Of a stretch of 64,000 bases of DNA, positions 1 to 13,835 are shown in pieces. The DNA is taken from positions 5,208,001 through 5,272,000 of the forward strand of contig CM022673.1 in assembly GCA_012295275.1 (NCBI GenBank). Direction: 5' to 3'. Position numbers and translations under genes: made by a program. Origin of the DNA: Chrysomallon squamiferum (Eukaryota > Animalia > Mollusca). Every line of letters begins with the position of its first letter. Position 1 is the stretch's first letter. Below the pieces are notes generated by a model, which had not been told where the DNA came from, made no database searches, and saw only the letters and a program-made list of their open reading frames with translations.

Positions 1-26
1 ACATACTGGCTTATTTCCTGTTTCAG

Positions 27-61
27 GCTCATGTAACACTGACTACAATGATCTGTACCAG
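27..61 (+). other. Candidate 35-nt plus-strand exon
   Basis: ttatttcctgtttcAG|GCTCATGTAACACTGACTACAATGATCTGTACCAG|GTCAGT has good acceptor and donor sites. It is open in two frames, e.g. (G)SCNTDYNDLYQ. Confidence 0.35.
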
Positions 62-238
62 GTCAGTAAATTGCATGTTTTTAGTTGTTGTTGTTTTTTT
101 CAACAGAAATGTAATACAGAAAAGTGGGGGGGAAAAAGCAAGGAAAGGAAGGAAGAAAAGAAAAGAAAACAGAAAGAATAAAATAAAGACAAAATATATT
201 AAAAATATAATGATAATTACTTAACTTTATTATAATAT

Positions 239-925
239 AAATACCTTCACCATTTTATCTTCAATCATTTTGCATCATGAATACTAAAACCAAGTTTTAT
301 TTAACATTTCTGCATTATAAATACTTTACCCAATTTATCTTGAGCATTTTTGCATCACAAATGCTCTAACCATTTTATCTTTAACCTTTTTTGCATCAAA
401 ACTAGTCTGATTTATCATCAACCTTTTTGCATGGCAAACACTCTCACCAATTTATCTTTAACCTTTTTGCTTGACAGATGGTCTAACCAATTTTTCTTGA
501 ACCTTTTTGCATTACAAACACTCTAACCAATCTGTTTTTAACCTTTCTGCATGGCAAATACTCTCACCAATTTAACCTTTTTGCAGGACAAACAGTCTAA
601 CCAATCTGTCTTTAACCTTTATGAATAACAGACAGTCTAACCAATCTGTCTTTAACCTTTATGAATAACAGACAGTCTAAACAATCTGTCTTTAACCTTT
701 ATGAATGACAGACAGTCTAACCCAAATATCTTTAACCTTCATGAATGACACATACTCTAACCAATCTGTCTTTAACCTTTTTGCATGACAAATGCTCTGA
801 TCAATTTATCTTTATCCTTTTTTTTCAACAAATTCTCTTGCAGCTAACAATCCTTTTTTAACCTTTTCTTGCATGTGGAAACACCTTTGGAATCTATCTT
901 CAACCTTACTGAATACCAAATACTC
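239..925. repeat. 40-bp minisatellite, ~17 diverged copies
   Basis: Unit approx. ACAGACAGTCTAACCAATCTGTCTTTAACCTTTATGAATA. Near-identical copies at 589-760, more diverged towards the edges. Confidence 0.9.
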
Positions 926-1680
926 TTGTGCTTGCTATCAAGCTGAATCACACCACACATAAACTGAAATGATTTACCGCTCGCAGAAGAGAAAAGCTGT
1001 CCTCGTAGTAATGAGAGGACAAGATGGTGAGAAGCATTTCATCTTGCCAATCAGCTGCTCATTAACATCTCAAGAAATGCAATTACTCTAATCGTATAAA
1101 TCTGCAGTACGTTTTTCACTGATAACAAGGTGTTAGCTGTTTCTCTTCCGACATATTTTTCTCAGCTATCGAATCCCGGATTTGGGGATTTCGTAACCTT
1201 AACGAGGTTTCTGCTGTATTATTTATCTGAGGATTTTGGATATCTGCCTGATAAATAATGAATTGGATTAATGGGTAAAAACATTATTTAATCTTGAATT
1301 CAAGGACAAGATGTATTATGTAAATAGCAGCGGAGAGAAATTACAAGGTATTTTATTAATTGTGTGAGATAGCAGAAGGAAAAAAATAAAAAATAAAAAA
1401 TAATAATAATAAAAAGTTTATCTTCGATATACAGTGACCAATAATTATTATACATTTGCACATATTTATATTTGATAACATTTTTTTTTTTTCAATACAG
1501 ATTTATATGTGGAGGGCTTAGATTAAGTTTTTGTTGTCTTTTTTTTAAAATATGTAATGTTGTTTTCATTTTTCTTATTTAAAAAAAAAAAAAAAAAAAA
1601 AATAAAAAATTAATACACTTTTATAAAACAAATTATTTAACAAGATTTTTGAAAAAAGTAAGAAAGAAAAATTGCCATTT

Positions 1681-1742
1681 TTAGGCTGCTCCTTCTGATT
1701 AACAGCAAATAATCTTTTATTTATACTTTTTAACAGACACAA
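1681..1742 (-). mobile_element. Degenerate SINE central-domain fragment (same family as 7405-7485)
   Basis: Reverse complement reads GTGTCTGTT..ATAAATAAAAGATTATTTGCTGTTAATCAGAAGGAGCAGCC. Confidence 0.5.
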
Positions 1743-2120
1743 AAGTGTACTCTAGGTACTAATAAAAATCACAAATAGCCAGAGTGTCTTGCAGCCATCA
1801 TGTTTCAGACCTGTGAATTAGTTTGAAACTGCACCTGAGCTTTCATGCATTTTAAGTTGCTCGTTCACATTTTTAAAAACAAACCAGACTGATTAGATGT
1901 ATAAATTTTCTTGTGACTGTAAATTAAAGATAACCAGACAAATTTACATAAAGATATTCAGTACAAGAAAGAGTCATAAAAATGCCAAGCAAATCTCTAA
2001 AATTTATGAAATAAATAAAAATTCTAAAAGTAATTACTAAAGAAAAAAAATCTTATAATAATAAAAATAAAATCCTGGAGATAAAAAAAAAAAAAAAAAA
2101 AAAAAGAAAAATTATCTCTG

Positions 2121-2152
<32 letters not shown>

Positions 2153-2761
2153 TCTAAAATCAAAAAAGAAGAAAAATCGAAAAACAAAACAAAACACTTT
2201 AAAATAACCCCACCAAAACCTTAAGGAAAAAAAAAAAAAAATCCTCAAGATATATTAAAAAAAAATAAAATAAAAGATATGACGAGAAAGTGATGAAGGC
2301 TGACAGAGGTTTTGAACAAAGGACAATCTCCTGCAGTGTGTGACAGTATTAGATCTCTGTTACCAGAGGCAGCACCAGAGGAACGTGTTCTGAACAAGTG
2401 TATGGATGTTAATCAAGACGTGTTAAAATAGAAGCCGCAGCAGCTGTGAAGAAAAATATTCTCCCCTGATGTCCAAAAGACCGAATTGACACCTGTAGCT
2501 AATGTGATTGCATCGTCTATTTAATATCAGATTAGTTTTAATAATCCCACGGGCACATGACTCTGCCATAAATAAGATTCATCTGCAGGGCTGGAGAGGA
2601 AAGAAAGGACATTTTGAAATATCTCTTTGATTCTGATTTGTTTTTCATTTAAAAAGAAAGATCTTTTTTTTTTCTTTTTTTTTTTTCTTTTAAATAATCC
2701 AAGACTTTTTTTTTTTTTTTTAAACTTTGTATAGTGAGAGAAAGGTTATGGTTAGAAATTA

Positions 2762-2792
<31 letters not shown>

Positions 2793-3639
2793 GGAGTTTT
2801 TCTGGTTAAAAAAAAAAGAAAAAGAAAAGAAAGAAGAAAGAGAGTCTTTGTAATGTTATATCCAAGGAAGGTTTGTGTCAGTAAATGATAGTTGTAAATA
2901 TGATAAAATGTCAGACAGAGAGAGATGGAGAAGAACTCAAAATAATAATTAATTTAATATTTGTCACATTATATTAATTTAATGTGAAAATAAATTTTAT
3001 ATTAATTCAATTTACGAAGCTATTGTTGGAACACAAAATTGGCATTAAATGAAGGCTGGCTGTATTTGACACTGCCTTTTTCGTTGTTTTGGAAAGTACG
3101 TTGGACAAGAAAAATTGGAATGTTTTTTGTGATTTTTTTTATATTAAGGATAATTGTCTTGGCACAAGCAGTGAATAATTCATGTACCATGTGTGTGACA
3201 GAATTTGAGAGGGCTGCCTTCACTGCTTTCTAAAGAAATTTAGATTTCATCATCTGCTTTGAAAAAGAAATATATGGATATTTTTGTTTAATATAGTAAA
3301 CAAATATCTGAATAATTAAATGTTTATTATCTACTTTTTAAAAGAAAAATCTCAATGTTTTTAATAATTTGCCTGCTTTTTTAAAAATATGTTTGTATTT
3401 TTACTTTTGCTTGTCTGCTTATATTGTTTTTATTTAACTGAATTGTGTTAATATAATTTTTTATACAACTAAAATTAATATAAAATATTAACTGATAAAT
3501 AATAAATTAATTATTACATGAATACAGTGTAGGGTTTGTCAGTGTTTGTGAAGGTAGACTGCAATTTGTATAATGTCACTGTAGATGTTGTACTGCAGTA
3601 ATGCAGGATGTGTCTTAACTGTAGCCAAGATGCACCTTG

Positions 3640-3974
3640 CTACTGCTCATTCCTTGATGAGGGGCCAGGCTGAAGGTCATTTTGTGATGAAGAGAGAGCC
3701 TGTGAATCGTCTGGGCTATCAGAAGATACAGCAGGACACGAAGAACTGGACTGCCTTGTTGAAGAAGGAATCAAGGAGTTGTTTGTCTTACCTTTCTTTT
3801 TCTTTAACAACTTGAGAGTAAGGCATTAATGTTTCATTTACTGTCAGGTCTGCTACTTACAGCATCAGCATTTGTGAGAGAATATTTACTAAGGCACACA
3901 GGTCTGTGAAGCAGCTTGAAGGGGCACAGTCTAAGTGCAGATATTAAAGTTGGCTATGCTCGTGGTTTATACTG
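3640..3974 (-). mobile_element. Second decayed pogo/Tigger-type transposase C-terminal remnant
   Basis: Minus strand reads ..VNETLMPYSQVVKEKER*DKQLLDSFFNK, followed by a Ser/Pro-rich tail (..DLQPGPSSRNEQ* in an adjacent frame), like the Tigger 'Y..I..EKK....Q..LD.FFKK' end. Possible TIR CAGTATAAACCACG at 3974-3961. Confidence 0.55.
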
Positions 3975-6900
3975 CAGTTTCACTCCAACAAATTTATATT
4001 TCCATATTTTTATTTTCTAAATACATTTTCCCCCATTTTTGCCAGATTTCAAAACTTTCATAAAGTCTGAATCATCATAAAATGAAAGACTGACTGCACT
4101 ACAAAATATGTGATGATTAAACAAAAAAGATAAGAGGAAGAAAAAAAAAAAGAAAAAAACATACAGGAAAAACCAATGCTGACAGTAACACCAAAATACC
4201 ATTTGTCATCCTGTTTTGTATTCTTGAAGCAGAAACTCAAAACAAAGAAAAAAAATCTCAATACATTTTGGACATTAAATAACAGTGAACAATTTCATCA
4301 CATTTCAAGATGAATGATAAATCAAACAAAGTGCTTTTTAGACTGACTCTCTTGCAGCTGGAGTATGTGGCAAGAGAAGAATAAGAAAAAGGAAAATCTA
4401 TTTTTTAGTTACAGATATTGAATGAAAACAGAATGCTGAACTGTCTTCACAAGTAGATAGCATTATTTCCCTGGAGAGGGGATGTGTATGATTATACTCA
4501 GGCAATTAAATGTTAAAGTGTTGAATTTTAAATTTTATATTGTATTCATTAATGGATTGTGTAAACAATTGTTCTAAATGATGCTTTTTATAAGACAAAA
4601 CAGAGACTGGAGATTAATTTATATAACTTAAGATGATGGTGGTTAAAAAAAAAAGCCAAGTTTGGATTCTGCTTTGAATTCCTATTTCAGTCACAAAAGT
4701 GGAATAAAATTCTAACAGTATTTGTATTTTATTTTCATTTTGTCTTTAAACTATGATAAAACATTTTTATGCTTAGCATAGAAAGCAGGAATATCTGATT
4801 AATTTTTTTTCATTTATTTGTTTTTTTTCATAGGTGGTTTTGTATTTATGTTTTCTATAATAAGAAGAAAAACTGTGGATAATATTTTTGAAATACTACA
4901 CTGAAACATTAAAATACTGTTTACATTATCATCACTGTCAAATAATTCATATCTTTAATGTGTCTGCATTAATAATTAATACAAGCTGACTTTAAAGTTG
5001 ACCTTTTTCAAATAAAAACACAACCCCCACACAAAAAGACCATCTAAAAATGTAATCAACTAATCCACTACAATTTTTTCCCTACAAGTGTAGAAAGAAA
5101 AGAAACCAAAAAAAAAAGAAGAAAAAAATACTGTTTAAGACTCTGACATTAATATTTAATCAGTGAATATTGGATGTCAAGTATATGACTGATGATAAGA
5201 TAGGCCAAGAATGATTAAAACATGACTATTCAGAATACCTAACAGAATAACAGAGGTTCAAAGAGTAGTAGTGACTGGAAGGGAAATAATTAAAAAAGAC
5301 CAACAGTATGATGTGTTATAATATTTTTAAAAATGTTTTAAAATGTTTAAAAAAATAAAAAATAAATAAAAAATAATAAATAATAATAACAATAAAATAG
5401 TAAGAATTTAAAAAATAAAAAAGTAAAATTAAAATAAAATAAAATAAAATAAAATAAATAAATTAAAAACTCATACAGATAAAGAGACAGATTTAGTGAA
5501 AGAAATAAAGAAATTAATGTACAGTGAAAGACAGAGAAACTGAGTGTCAGACAAACAAACATCCACATAGTTCTTCATAATTAGTAATATGCCTGTGTTT
5601 ACATAATCAATGCTGGTCAGTTTCAAAATAAACATTTGAGTGAAAATTATTTAATACAAAATGGCTTCTTATCTTTTCTCTTTTAATTTTATGTTTTTCT
5701 TCTAAATTCAGATTACAATTAAACACACATTGATGAGTCTGCATGGTTGACTCAAACACTTCAACCTCTGCACTTAACAAGATATGCCAACAACAGCGAC
5801 ATTTTGTCGGTTTGCCAAAGTAAAAACGCAAACCATTCACTGTAAGACATCGTAATGGAAAAGTGACAACCACCGATACGACAACAGAGTGGAGAAAAAT
5901 GAATGAAAATGGATTTGTGAAGTTTCCACAAAGTGCTCAAAGCAGCCTCAAAATCAAAGCTGATGGCAATTACATCAAACTGTGTGTGTGGATTCTGTAC
6001 AGTTATCCTCGTCTGTCGGAATGCTTTTAGTTAATTAACACTTAGTGAAGAATGCGATACAAAATGTTAGTCTCCTTTCTCACTGTGTGATGGTCAAACT
6101 TAAGCCAGTAATAGTCTTTGATTTCTCTTTGAAGTCTATCTGTGGCAGACAGCAACGAAATAATCACCAGTTTCTCATATGATTAGTTTATTTTTGTTAT
6201 CAAACAGATCTGAATAATCTAATGCTGAGATTGATTATAAATGAAATTACAAGCTTGTAGCAAAAACCACCAAAAAAAACCCACCAAAAACCCCCCCCAG
6301 CAAAAAAAACAAAAAAAAATATATAAAAATGAAGATCTGCCTTAAGGCAAATGAGCTGAAAATAGAAAGTAGTGAACAACTAATCTGAAACATAATATCT
6401 TGGTCACATTGTTTTTGAATATACTCATTAAAGCCTTTCCAAGTCGGTCTTCAAGGTTAATGAAAATGAGTTACCTATATGTTTACTTGTATTTATTTAT
6501 ATGTGTTTGTGTTATCCATATGTTCATGTCTGTACAAGTGTGTAACTGTGTCTGTATGTGTGTCTGTGCGTGTTATAAAATATAAAAATAATAATAATAT
6601 AAAAAATATATAAAAAATATAAAAATTTAACAACTATAAAAACAAAAACATCTCCAATTCTTGTCCATCCAGTGACTACAATTTCAAGTTAATTACATGA
6701 CTGGCTTCTGTGGTCTTACTGAGAGTGAAATGAATGATATCATTATTATCTTGAATCATAATGGAGAAACATCAGTCTGATTATTAAGACTTTACTTAAC
6801 TAAGTAATATATAAATATGTGTTATAAAAAAAATACACCATTCTCATTCAAACACCCTCCCACCAAAAACCTTACAAAAAAACCCCAACAAAGCAAACAA

Positions 6901-7404
6901 TAATAGTGAAAACTCAAACAAAACTCCTATGAATTATTATAGGAAAGGAGACTGTAAAGCATTGCATATTTTGTTACTGTTACCACTGCTCTAATTCATT
7001 TCTGGTGCAGCCAGGGGCCTTTCCAGAGATGTCAAAGCTAATGTTAATTAATAAATGAAGCAACTGAATGACATTTTTCCTGGTTGGTATCATGTATCAC
7101 ATTTATAGACTGATAATACAGCTAATTCAAATCTGCAGACATTTTTGCAGTGAAATTTCTTCTTGGAAAGAGACCCAAGGGTGTCTTTAATAAGATGACC
7201 TTTTCACTTTTGACAGACTGCAACTGATAAACTAATCCCACGCAAACAGTAACAAGAGATTTGGTACATTAACACTACAATTTTGAAATAATGAAAAGAA
7301 CGCAGTACTAAGCCACATAAGCTAAACAAATGCAAACTTCCTCATACAGAGCTGTTTCCAATTCAAACCACAGAGTACTTGTTTTTCAAACACCATAATC
7401 TGTA

Positions 7405-7485
7405 AGTTCCTGTCTGTGGGATGGGGTAGATATTCAGAAGACATATACGTAAAACATCCTTTGCTGACAGCTGGTAAGAATAACC
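7405..7485 (+). mobile_element. Degenerate SINE central-domain fragment (Meta-domain-like)
   Basis: CCTGTCTGTGGGATGG...AAAACATCCTTTGCTG resembles a mollusc SINE core as I recall it (TCCTGTCTGTGGGA..GTGCATATAAAAGATCCCTTGCTG). A related inverted copy lies at 1681-1742. Not database-checked. Confidence 0.5.
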
Positions 7486-8544
7486 TTTTGATATAATTAT
7501 TAAATCTTACAAGACTTAATAATCATGACATCAAAAATATGTTTAAATATATCTTTTATTCAAGTATTTATGTGTGTGTGTGTCTGTGTGTGTGTGTGTG
7601 TTTGTATTTACATATTAGTAGTGTGTTTTTGTGTGTGCATGCATTGTTATACATGTTTGTCTCTGAATTTGTGTGCAAGCATGAAGAATTTAAATGACCA
7701 GTCAACTGATTTAATACTAGTAAATTATAATATCTTGCTGTAATTTTTAACACCTACCAATCTTCATTTTTTTTAATGCATATCAAACAAATGAACAGCT
7801 GAACAGACAGAGCAGACAAAGAATCCATGTATTAACAATGATACCTGATATTGTTGTTGCTTCACTCAAAAGTCTCATTAATGGAATATAATACTCTTTA
7901 TTGTGTTTACTTCCTTTCACTGGAAGCAAAAATATCTCCCAGCAAAATCAGTGCACAATTTTGACACTGACAATAAGCCAGTGGTAAAAGCTGTTTAATA
8001 AGGTAATATTATCTAGTTAATGTCTTCTTGGAAATATTCCATTGAATGGACATGTAACTGATGCTTGTAGAGACCAGATTTTCAATTTGAACATCCAGAA
8101 GACAGAATTATTTACATTGCTAATAATAGCAGAAAAATGTGTGCCTCTAGTCATTTGATTTCCAGTTCCGATATCAAAAGACAAAAATTTATAGTGCTTT
8201 TGATATCATTGTAATAACTGTAATATATGTAGTAACATGATTTGCAAATTCAATTTTTTTAACAAAAACATTACAATTTCTTTATGGGTTAGGAAGACAA
8301 TAAAATATTTATATTTGCAAATCCTGACTGCATTTTCCAGTTTCAACATTTGGATTATTACGACAGTAAAATATTTATAAAACAAGTTTTGACTTCATTT
8401 TCAATTCCAGCATGTAACAGACACTTGGTTATTAAAAATAAATAAATCATAAAAAGATTTGATTTCCGGTTCTGACATAAATTCAGACAAATGTAGCCTG
8501 CACTGAACTGTCATTCAGATGATATTTTATTAATAACTAAAATA

Positions 8545-9160
8545 TAGTGGAATACCCTATAACAAATGGATTATACTATGAATATCCCTATAATGAACTG
8601 TTTTACCTATGAATCTCAGAACCCCATAACAAATGATGGTCCCCTTAACAAATACAGAAGAATATTTCTGAGGAGTCAGGGGAGAACAAGGACAAGGAGC
8701 AAAGCCATGTTATTCCAGCCCAAGAACTGAAAGATGTTTACTGCTGCTGGAATAAACTTTCCAGAATTGTCAAGGATGATGCTGGTGCTGTAGAAACAGA
8801 CCTTAATATTTTTAATGACACAGTAATGGCCCAATTTTGGAAAGTCCAGAAATCCAGGTTGAAGCAGTCAACCTGGATTCCTTCTTTAAAAGTCCCCTTA
8901 CAGACAAACTGCCTGTCACCAAAGGAATACTCCTCTCCTTCCACCTCTTCTCATAAATTATCTCCTACCCCTGTCATCTGCTACTCTCTTGCAAGCTCAG
9001 CAACAGTAAAGTAAGGCAAAGTACTAATGGCATTCTTCATTTGAGGAGTTTAAATGCACATTTATAAACGTATTTCAAAATTTTATTATATTAAATGTAT
9101 GAGTAATTTAATTAGATTATTTCACATTTATCTTGAACTGGTTTGGAATGGTTGATAAAA
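8545..9160 (+). mobile_element. Internally deleted pogo/Tigger-type DNA transposon remnant
   Basis: From 8670 reads EESGENKDKEQSHVIPAQELKDVYCCWNKLSRIVKDDAGAVETDLNIFNDTVMAQFWKVQKSRLKQST then, after a 1-nt frameshift, DSFFK. This resembles the Tigger-like transposase C-terminus (..LFNDNVMSHFRKILKRRQKQxSLDRF). Left end TA+TAGTGGAATACC..ATAAC resembles a Tigger TIR. The right boundary is approximate. Confidence 0.75.
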
Positions 9161-9542
9161 TTGAAAAATTGTTTGTTTGGGTAATATGACTCCTGAATGA
9201 TTTATTAAATCATTTCAGATTTATCTGAATAAAATTTTTTTTAAAAATTAAAATAAAATACTCAACCCCAAGGATGTGAAGTTGAAAACACATTTGAGAC
9301 TTTTGTATAATGTACAAAACAAACATAAAATGGCATGTTGCTTAATTTGTGGCTAAATTCTTTAATATAAATCAAAATTATGATTTTATCATTAGGACCA
9401 GCAATCATCCTCTGGCCATTTGATTTGACTACAGTAAATTCAATCCTATCTAGATAGAGATATAATGAATGATATCAGAAGGTTTGGTATAGATATTGCC
9501 TATTTATATTTTAAAATCTAATAAGAATTATAATTGTTATTA

Positions 9543-9602
<60 letters not shown>
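9543..9602. repeat. (ATT)n microsatellite
   Basis: Perfect trinucleotide run. Equivalent AAT tracts at 10113-10168, 11728-11800, 54007-54064, 58976-59016 and 61411-61463. Confidence 0.98.
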
Positions 9603-10111
9603 TAAATAACAAAACAATCCCAAAACATATGAACTAAAAATTGCATCTAAGTCTTCATCTGCATTTCATAAGAATCAAGCAAAGAAATTTATTTATTATC
9701 CCTACAAATCTAGCTATTTAAAATAATTTTAAAAAAAAATATATTTCTTTATTTGAAAAGTGGATTGCTTGTGATTTCAGAGAATTGAGGGGGCGACTCT
9801 CAGTGAAAGCAACTGCCCCAGGCACTTTTATCTTTCCTCTCATTGAATTTTTATCTTTCTGCAGCATTTTTAAAATATTAATTTTTGTTTTTGTTTTGTT
9901 TAATTCCAATTTGCATACACACATTACCTATTTGATAACATTAAGATAAAATAAATAAATAAAAAAGTAAAATAAATAATAATATTAATAAAATAAATAG
10001 CGAACAAGAGAGAGAAAAAAAGAGAGAGAAAGTAAGAAAAAAGGAAAAAACTGAATGAATAGATTTTCTGATCATGAGCATACAGAATTTCTTATCAGCT
10101 TGTCATCATGG

Positions 10112-10169
<58 letters not shown>

Positions 10170-11724
10170 GAAGGTAAAAATAATATCATTGTAAAATGTA
10201 TTTTAAGTGTATTTCTATTGTTTCTGATATTCATATCAACATAAGACAGTCATTCAGTGATACCAGGTGTAAAAATTAAAATTAAAACAAAAAAATAAAT
10301 AAATAAATACCAATTATTTTTTATTATTTTTCTAGTCTTATGAGACTCCATGAAACTTTCTGCTAATTAATATTACACGCATTTTCTTTCGAGCCAATTA
10401 TTTAGATATAATAACATCAACAGTTTTAATCATTTATGTAAGATTTGTAGAGGAAAAAAACATACTTGCACGTTCAGCTTCCTAAATAGACTAATTATTA
10501 GTCAGGAATGAAATAAATCAATCTAATTAATTTTAATAGGAAAAAACCTTGCTAATGATCAAACTGAGTTCCCGAATTCAAAATGTATCTGAACAATTAT
10601 AGAATCTGTTGGTTAGAAGAAATCATACGAAGTACATAGAGGGAGAAAATAATTATGAAGGCCTCAAATAACCCCAAAAACACCCACCAAACAAAAATAA
10701 TTAATTCCCAATGTATAACCTATATATAATAAAATAACAACAAATAGTCAACAAGTTTATTTTATTTAACAATGATTACAAACATGTATGTCACAATCAA
10801 TGACAAATGAGTAAAAAAATATTTAAATAAAAAAAAAATTAAATAAAGAGCAATACAAATAAAAGGCTAATCTCATCTGTATAAACACTTTTTTCTAATA
10901 ATAAAGTTAATAATAATGATAATGAACATCATGATGATGACTGCAGTAACAATAACAACAATAGTAATGGTAGTAATAATAGGATTACAATACTGTTAAA
11001 ATCAGGAACAATAATTAAAAAAATAAAATTAAACCAGTAACACAATTTTACAAAAACACATCTCTTCCCTTTTTCCCACTGGAATCAAAAATAATTTTTA
11101 TTTGCAAAAAATTGTCCAAAAAATAAAATAATAATTGTTTTTAAAAATGTGGAAAAAAAAAATTAAATAAATAAATATAATAATAATAATAATAATTATA
11201 CTACTCCTACAACAACTATTACTACTACCACTTAGTAATAATAAAATGTAATAAAAAGAATCCCCCAAAAAACTGTCATAAGCATCATCATCATCATCAT
11301 CATCATCAACATCATCATAATACTTAATTAAAAAAAAAAAAAAATTCTATATAAAACAGGACACTATAAAAACCAGATTAACCGACAACACAACCCAACA
11401 CAAACAGTTATTATTATCAGAGCAGATCAACTAGTCACCAGTCCTATTGATCACATTATCGGGAACAAATTCAGACAATGTTTACCATCATCTACTCTAA
11501 GCCACACATCGATGATTTCGTTTCACTCTAACTGGAAATGGGGGAAAGAGCTCTTCAAAAATGAGATAAAAAGCGCTGTTTGTTTAGTTCCTTATTAATC
11601 TTGTTTTGTATCCTGTTTACTAGTGACAATCAATGTCGAAAGTTTTAAGTCACTGAATAGAATAAATGTTTTTGTTTTTCAAGGTATGATGGTTTCATCT
11701 GCAGTAGTAACTAACAGATTAATT

Positions 11725-11786
<62 letters not shown>

Positions 11787-12225
11787 TAATAATAACAATA
11801 GTAATTAATATTATTATTTTTACTGTTATTTTTATTTATTTATTATTGTTAGTATTATTATTTATTTATTTTTTGACAAGGGAGGCTTTAATAAATATAA
11901 AAATTGTAATCAAAATACATAGAATAATGATAGGTAACTACAAAATAATTAAATAACAAAAGTGCTCAAAAATATATTTAAAATCAAATATCAATTCAGA
12001 TATATTCATATTTTAGTCATGAATTAATGTTATTTATTCATGATGCACATAATAAAATTATGAATTAACTGGTACAGACAATAAATGATAAAACTGCACT
12101 GCAGTATGATTTAACTTGTGATAACATTTTAATTTTAATGTTAACACAATGTTCACTATTTTATTAAATTTCTGTTAATAATGTCTGTGTATGTAAATGA
12201 CTGTCTTTCTATGTATGTTGTGTGC

Positions 12226-12260
<35 letters not shown>

Positions 12261-12715
12261 ATATTCACATACATAAACAACATTAATAATGATTTATCAG
12301 TAATGATCCAATTTAGTGTACAAAATAATCTTCATAAACAAGAATATGCAAGTATGTAATTTATATTGATCTAAATCAATTTAAGATACATTCCGTTGTT
12401 CATAATCTGTAATTACTTTTGGAAAAGATAATGTTGTTTGATTTCTGTTTATTAAAATGTAAGAAAATAAAGTTTTCTGATTTTTCTCTTCTGCTCTCTC
12501 TCACACATGTACAACTTTTTCAAACCACAATCATGAAAGTGATAGCCAAATACTGTCAAATGGTTTGCCAATGAATGAAACTTGAATAAACATTGACATG
12601 ACAAATCAATCCAAATCACAATCAATTTAAGAGAAATTATTTGGATTTAAAGCAAAAAAAAACCTACAAAACTAAATTTCAATTCAGATTAATGTGCTGT
12701 GTAGTGAACAGTTGA

Positions 12716-12721
<6 letters not shown>

Positions 12722-12806
<85 letters not shown>
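12722..12806. repeat. (CT)n microsatellite
   Basis: Perfect dinucleotide run. Confidence 0.98.
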
Positions 12807-12810
<4 letters not shown>

Positions 12811-13343
12811 ATGTCTGTCTTTTTCATATATTCACACATACTTCCATACCTTTCTTTGTAACAACTATAATATAGGACACAATAACCAAAGATGTTTAAA
12901 ATGTTGCAAATTAATGTATCCTGAATCAAAGTGGACATCATAAATCAATGAAAAATAAATCAAAGTGAACCAAAAAAAAATAAAAAAATAAAAAAATCAA
13001 GAAGAAAAAGAAATTCAATAAACAGAGTTAATAAAGCATCACTGATACATCAATCTGGTGAAAAAATATCCGGCTTGTGCTGCTGTACAGGAAAAATAAC
13101 ATCCAATAACACCACCTGCACCCGTTCATTTCCCATAATGCAATTATCCAATATAATAAAACAGCGGAAAGCACATTCTACCAAGCTCGTTGAAAACTGG
13201 TGACTAAAGGGCATCATCACTAAAAGCTCAGATTTCAATGGAGAAGAATCTGCGAAGGACGGTATCACAATGAATGTTTGGCACTGAGAAAATGTCACTG
13301 GTTCCGTCTGTAGCTTGAAGTCAGACCAGACACATTTGTAGCC

Positions 13344-13835
13344 AGCTTTTAGCTCAAGATAAAGGTAATGATTTAATAATGTCATCAGAAAAGTATTATG
13401 CACCATCTGCATTACTGTGAAAATGTCATCAGCTGATCTGTATCTTGAAACCATACCAAAGTGTCTGATGCTCCAAAGAGTCTGACTGGAACAGGAGAAA
13501 TGAACCAACTTACTAAGACTTAATTCTGTGACTCGAGCATTTCAAAGCTCCAATTAAACTAAATTCTCCTCTTCCAAATAAAGTAAAAAAACAACAACAA
13601 ATAAATAAATAACCAAACACTACAGTTCTAGTGGCTTTATTTCCTATTCCAACTAATGCTCCTTGAGTGGCTGATCCAAGTGTCATGCCATACATTTTCC
13701 TGATTATGAGAAGGTATATTTAATAGCTTTTAGGTCAAGATAAAGCTAATGATTTAATGTCATCAGAAAAGTATTATTCACATTCTGTATTAATGTGAAA
13801 ATGTCATCAACTTATTTATGTCCTGAAACCATAAA
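13344..13835. repeat. Direct repeat of a ~110-bp block (period ~380 bp)
   Basis: AGCTTTTAG(C/G)TCAAGATAAAG(G/C)TAATGATTTAAT..GTCATCAGAAAAGTATTAT..GTGAAAATGTCATCA..TGAAACCATA at 13344-13455 and 13724-13833. Confidence 0.85.

Noticed and set aside
239-925. CRISPR-like array (also 38520-39055 and 43500-43650)
   Set aside because: Units are contiguous with no unique spacers, there are no cas genes, and the context is eukaryotic. These are ordinary minisatellites.
979-1247. Minus-strand coding exon bounded by AG/GT
   Set aside because: The frame I followed from the acceptor stops at TGA mid-way and shows no C7orf25 similarity. Treated as a non-coding island.
8826-9014. Small host protein MAQFWKVQK... 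(and ORF 3585-3815)
   Set aside because: Better explained as parts of, or antisense to, frameshifted Tigger-like transposase relics.
9780-9800. CTCF-like site AGGGGGCG
   Set aside because: Lacks the upstream CC(A/G)C half of the consensus, so it is only a partial match.
13050-13508. 152-aa minus-strand ORF
   Set aside because: Non-ATG start, no recognisable domain, overlaps a local direct repeat, and does not match the expected C7orf25 exon 3.
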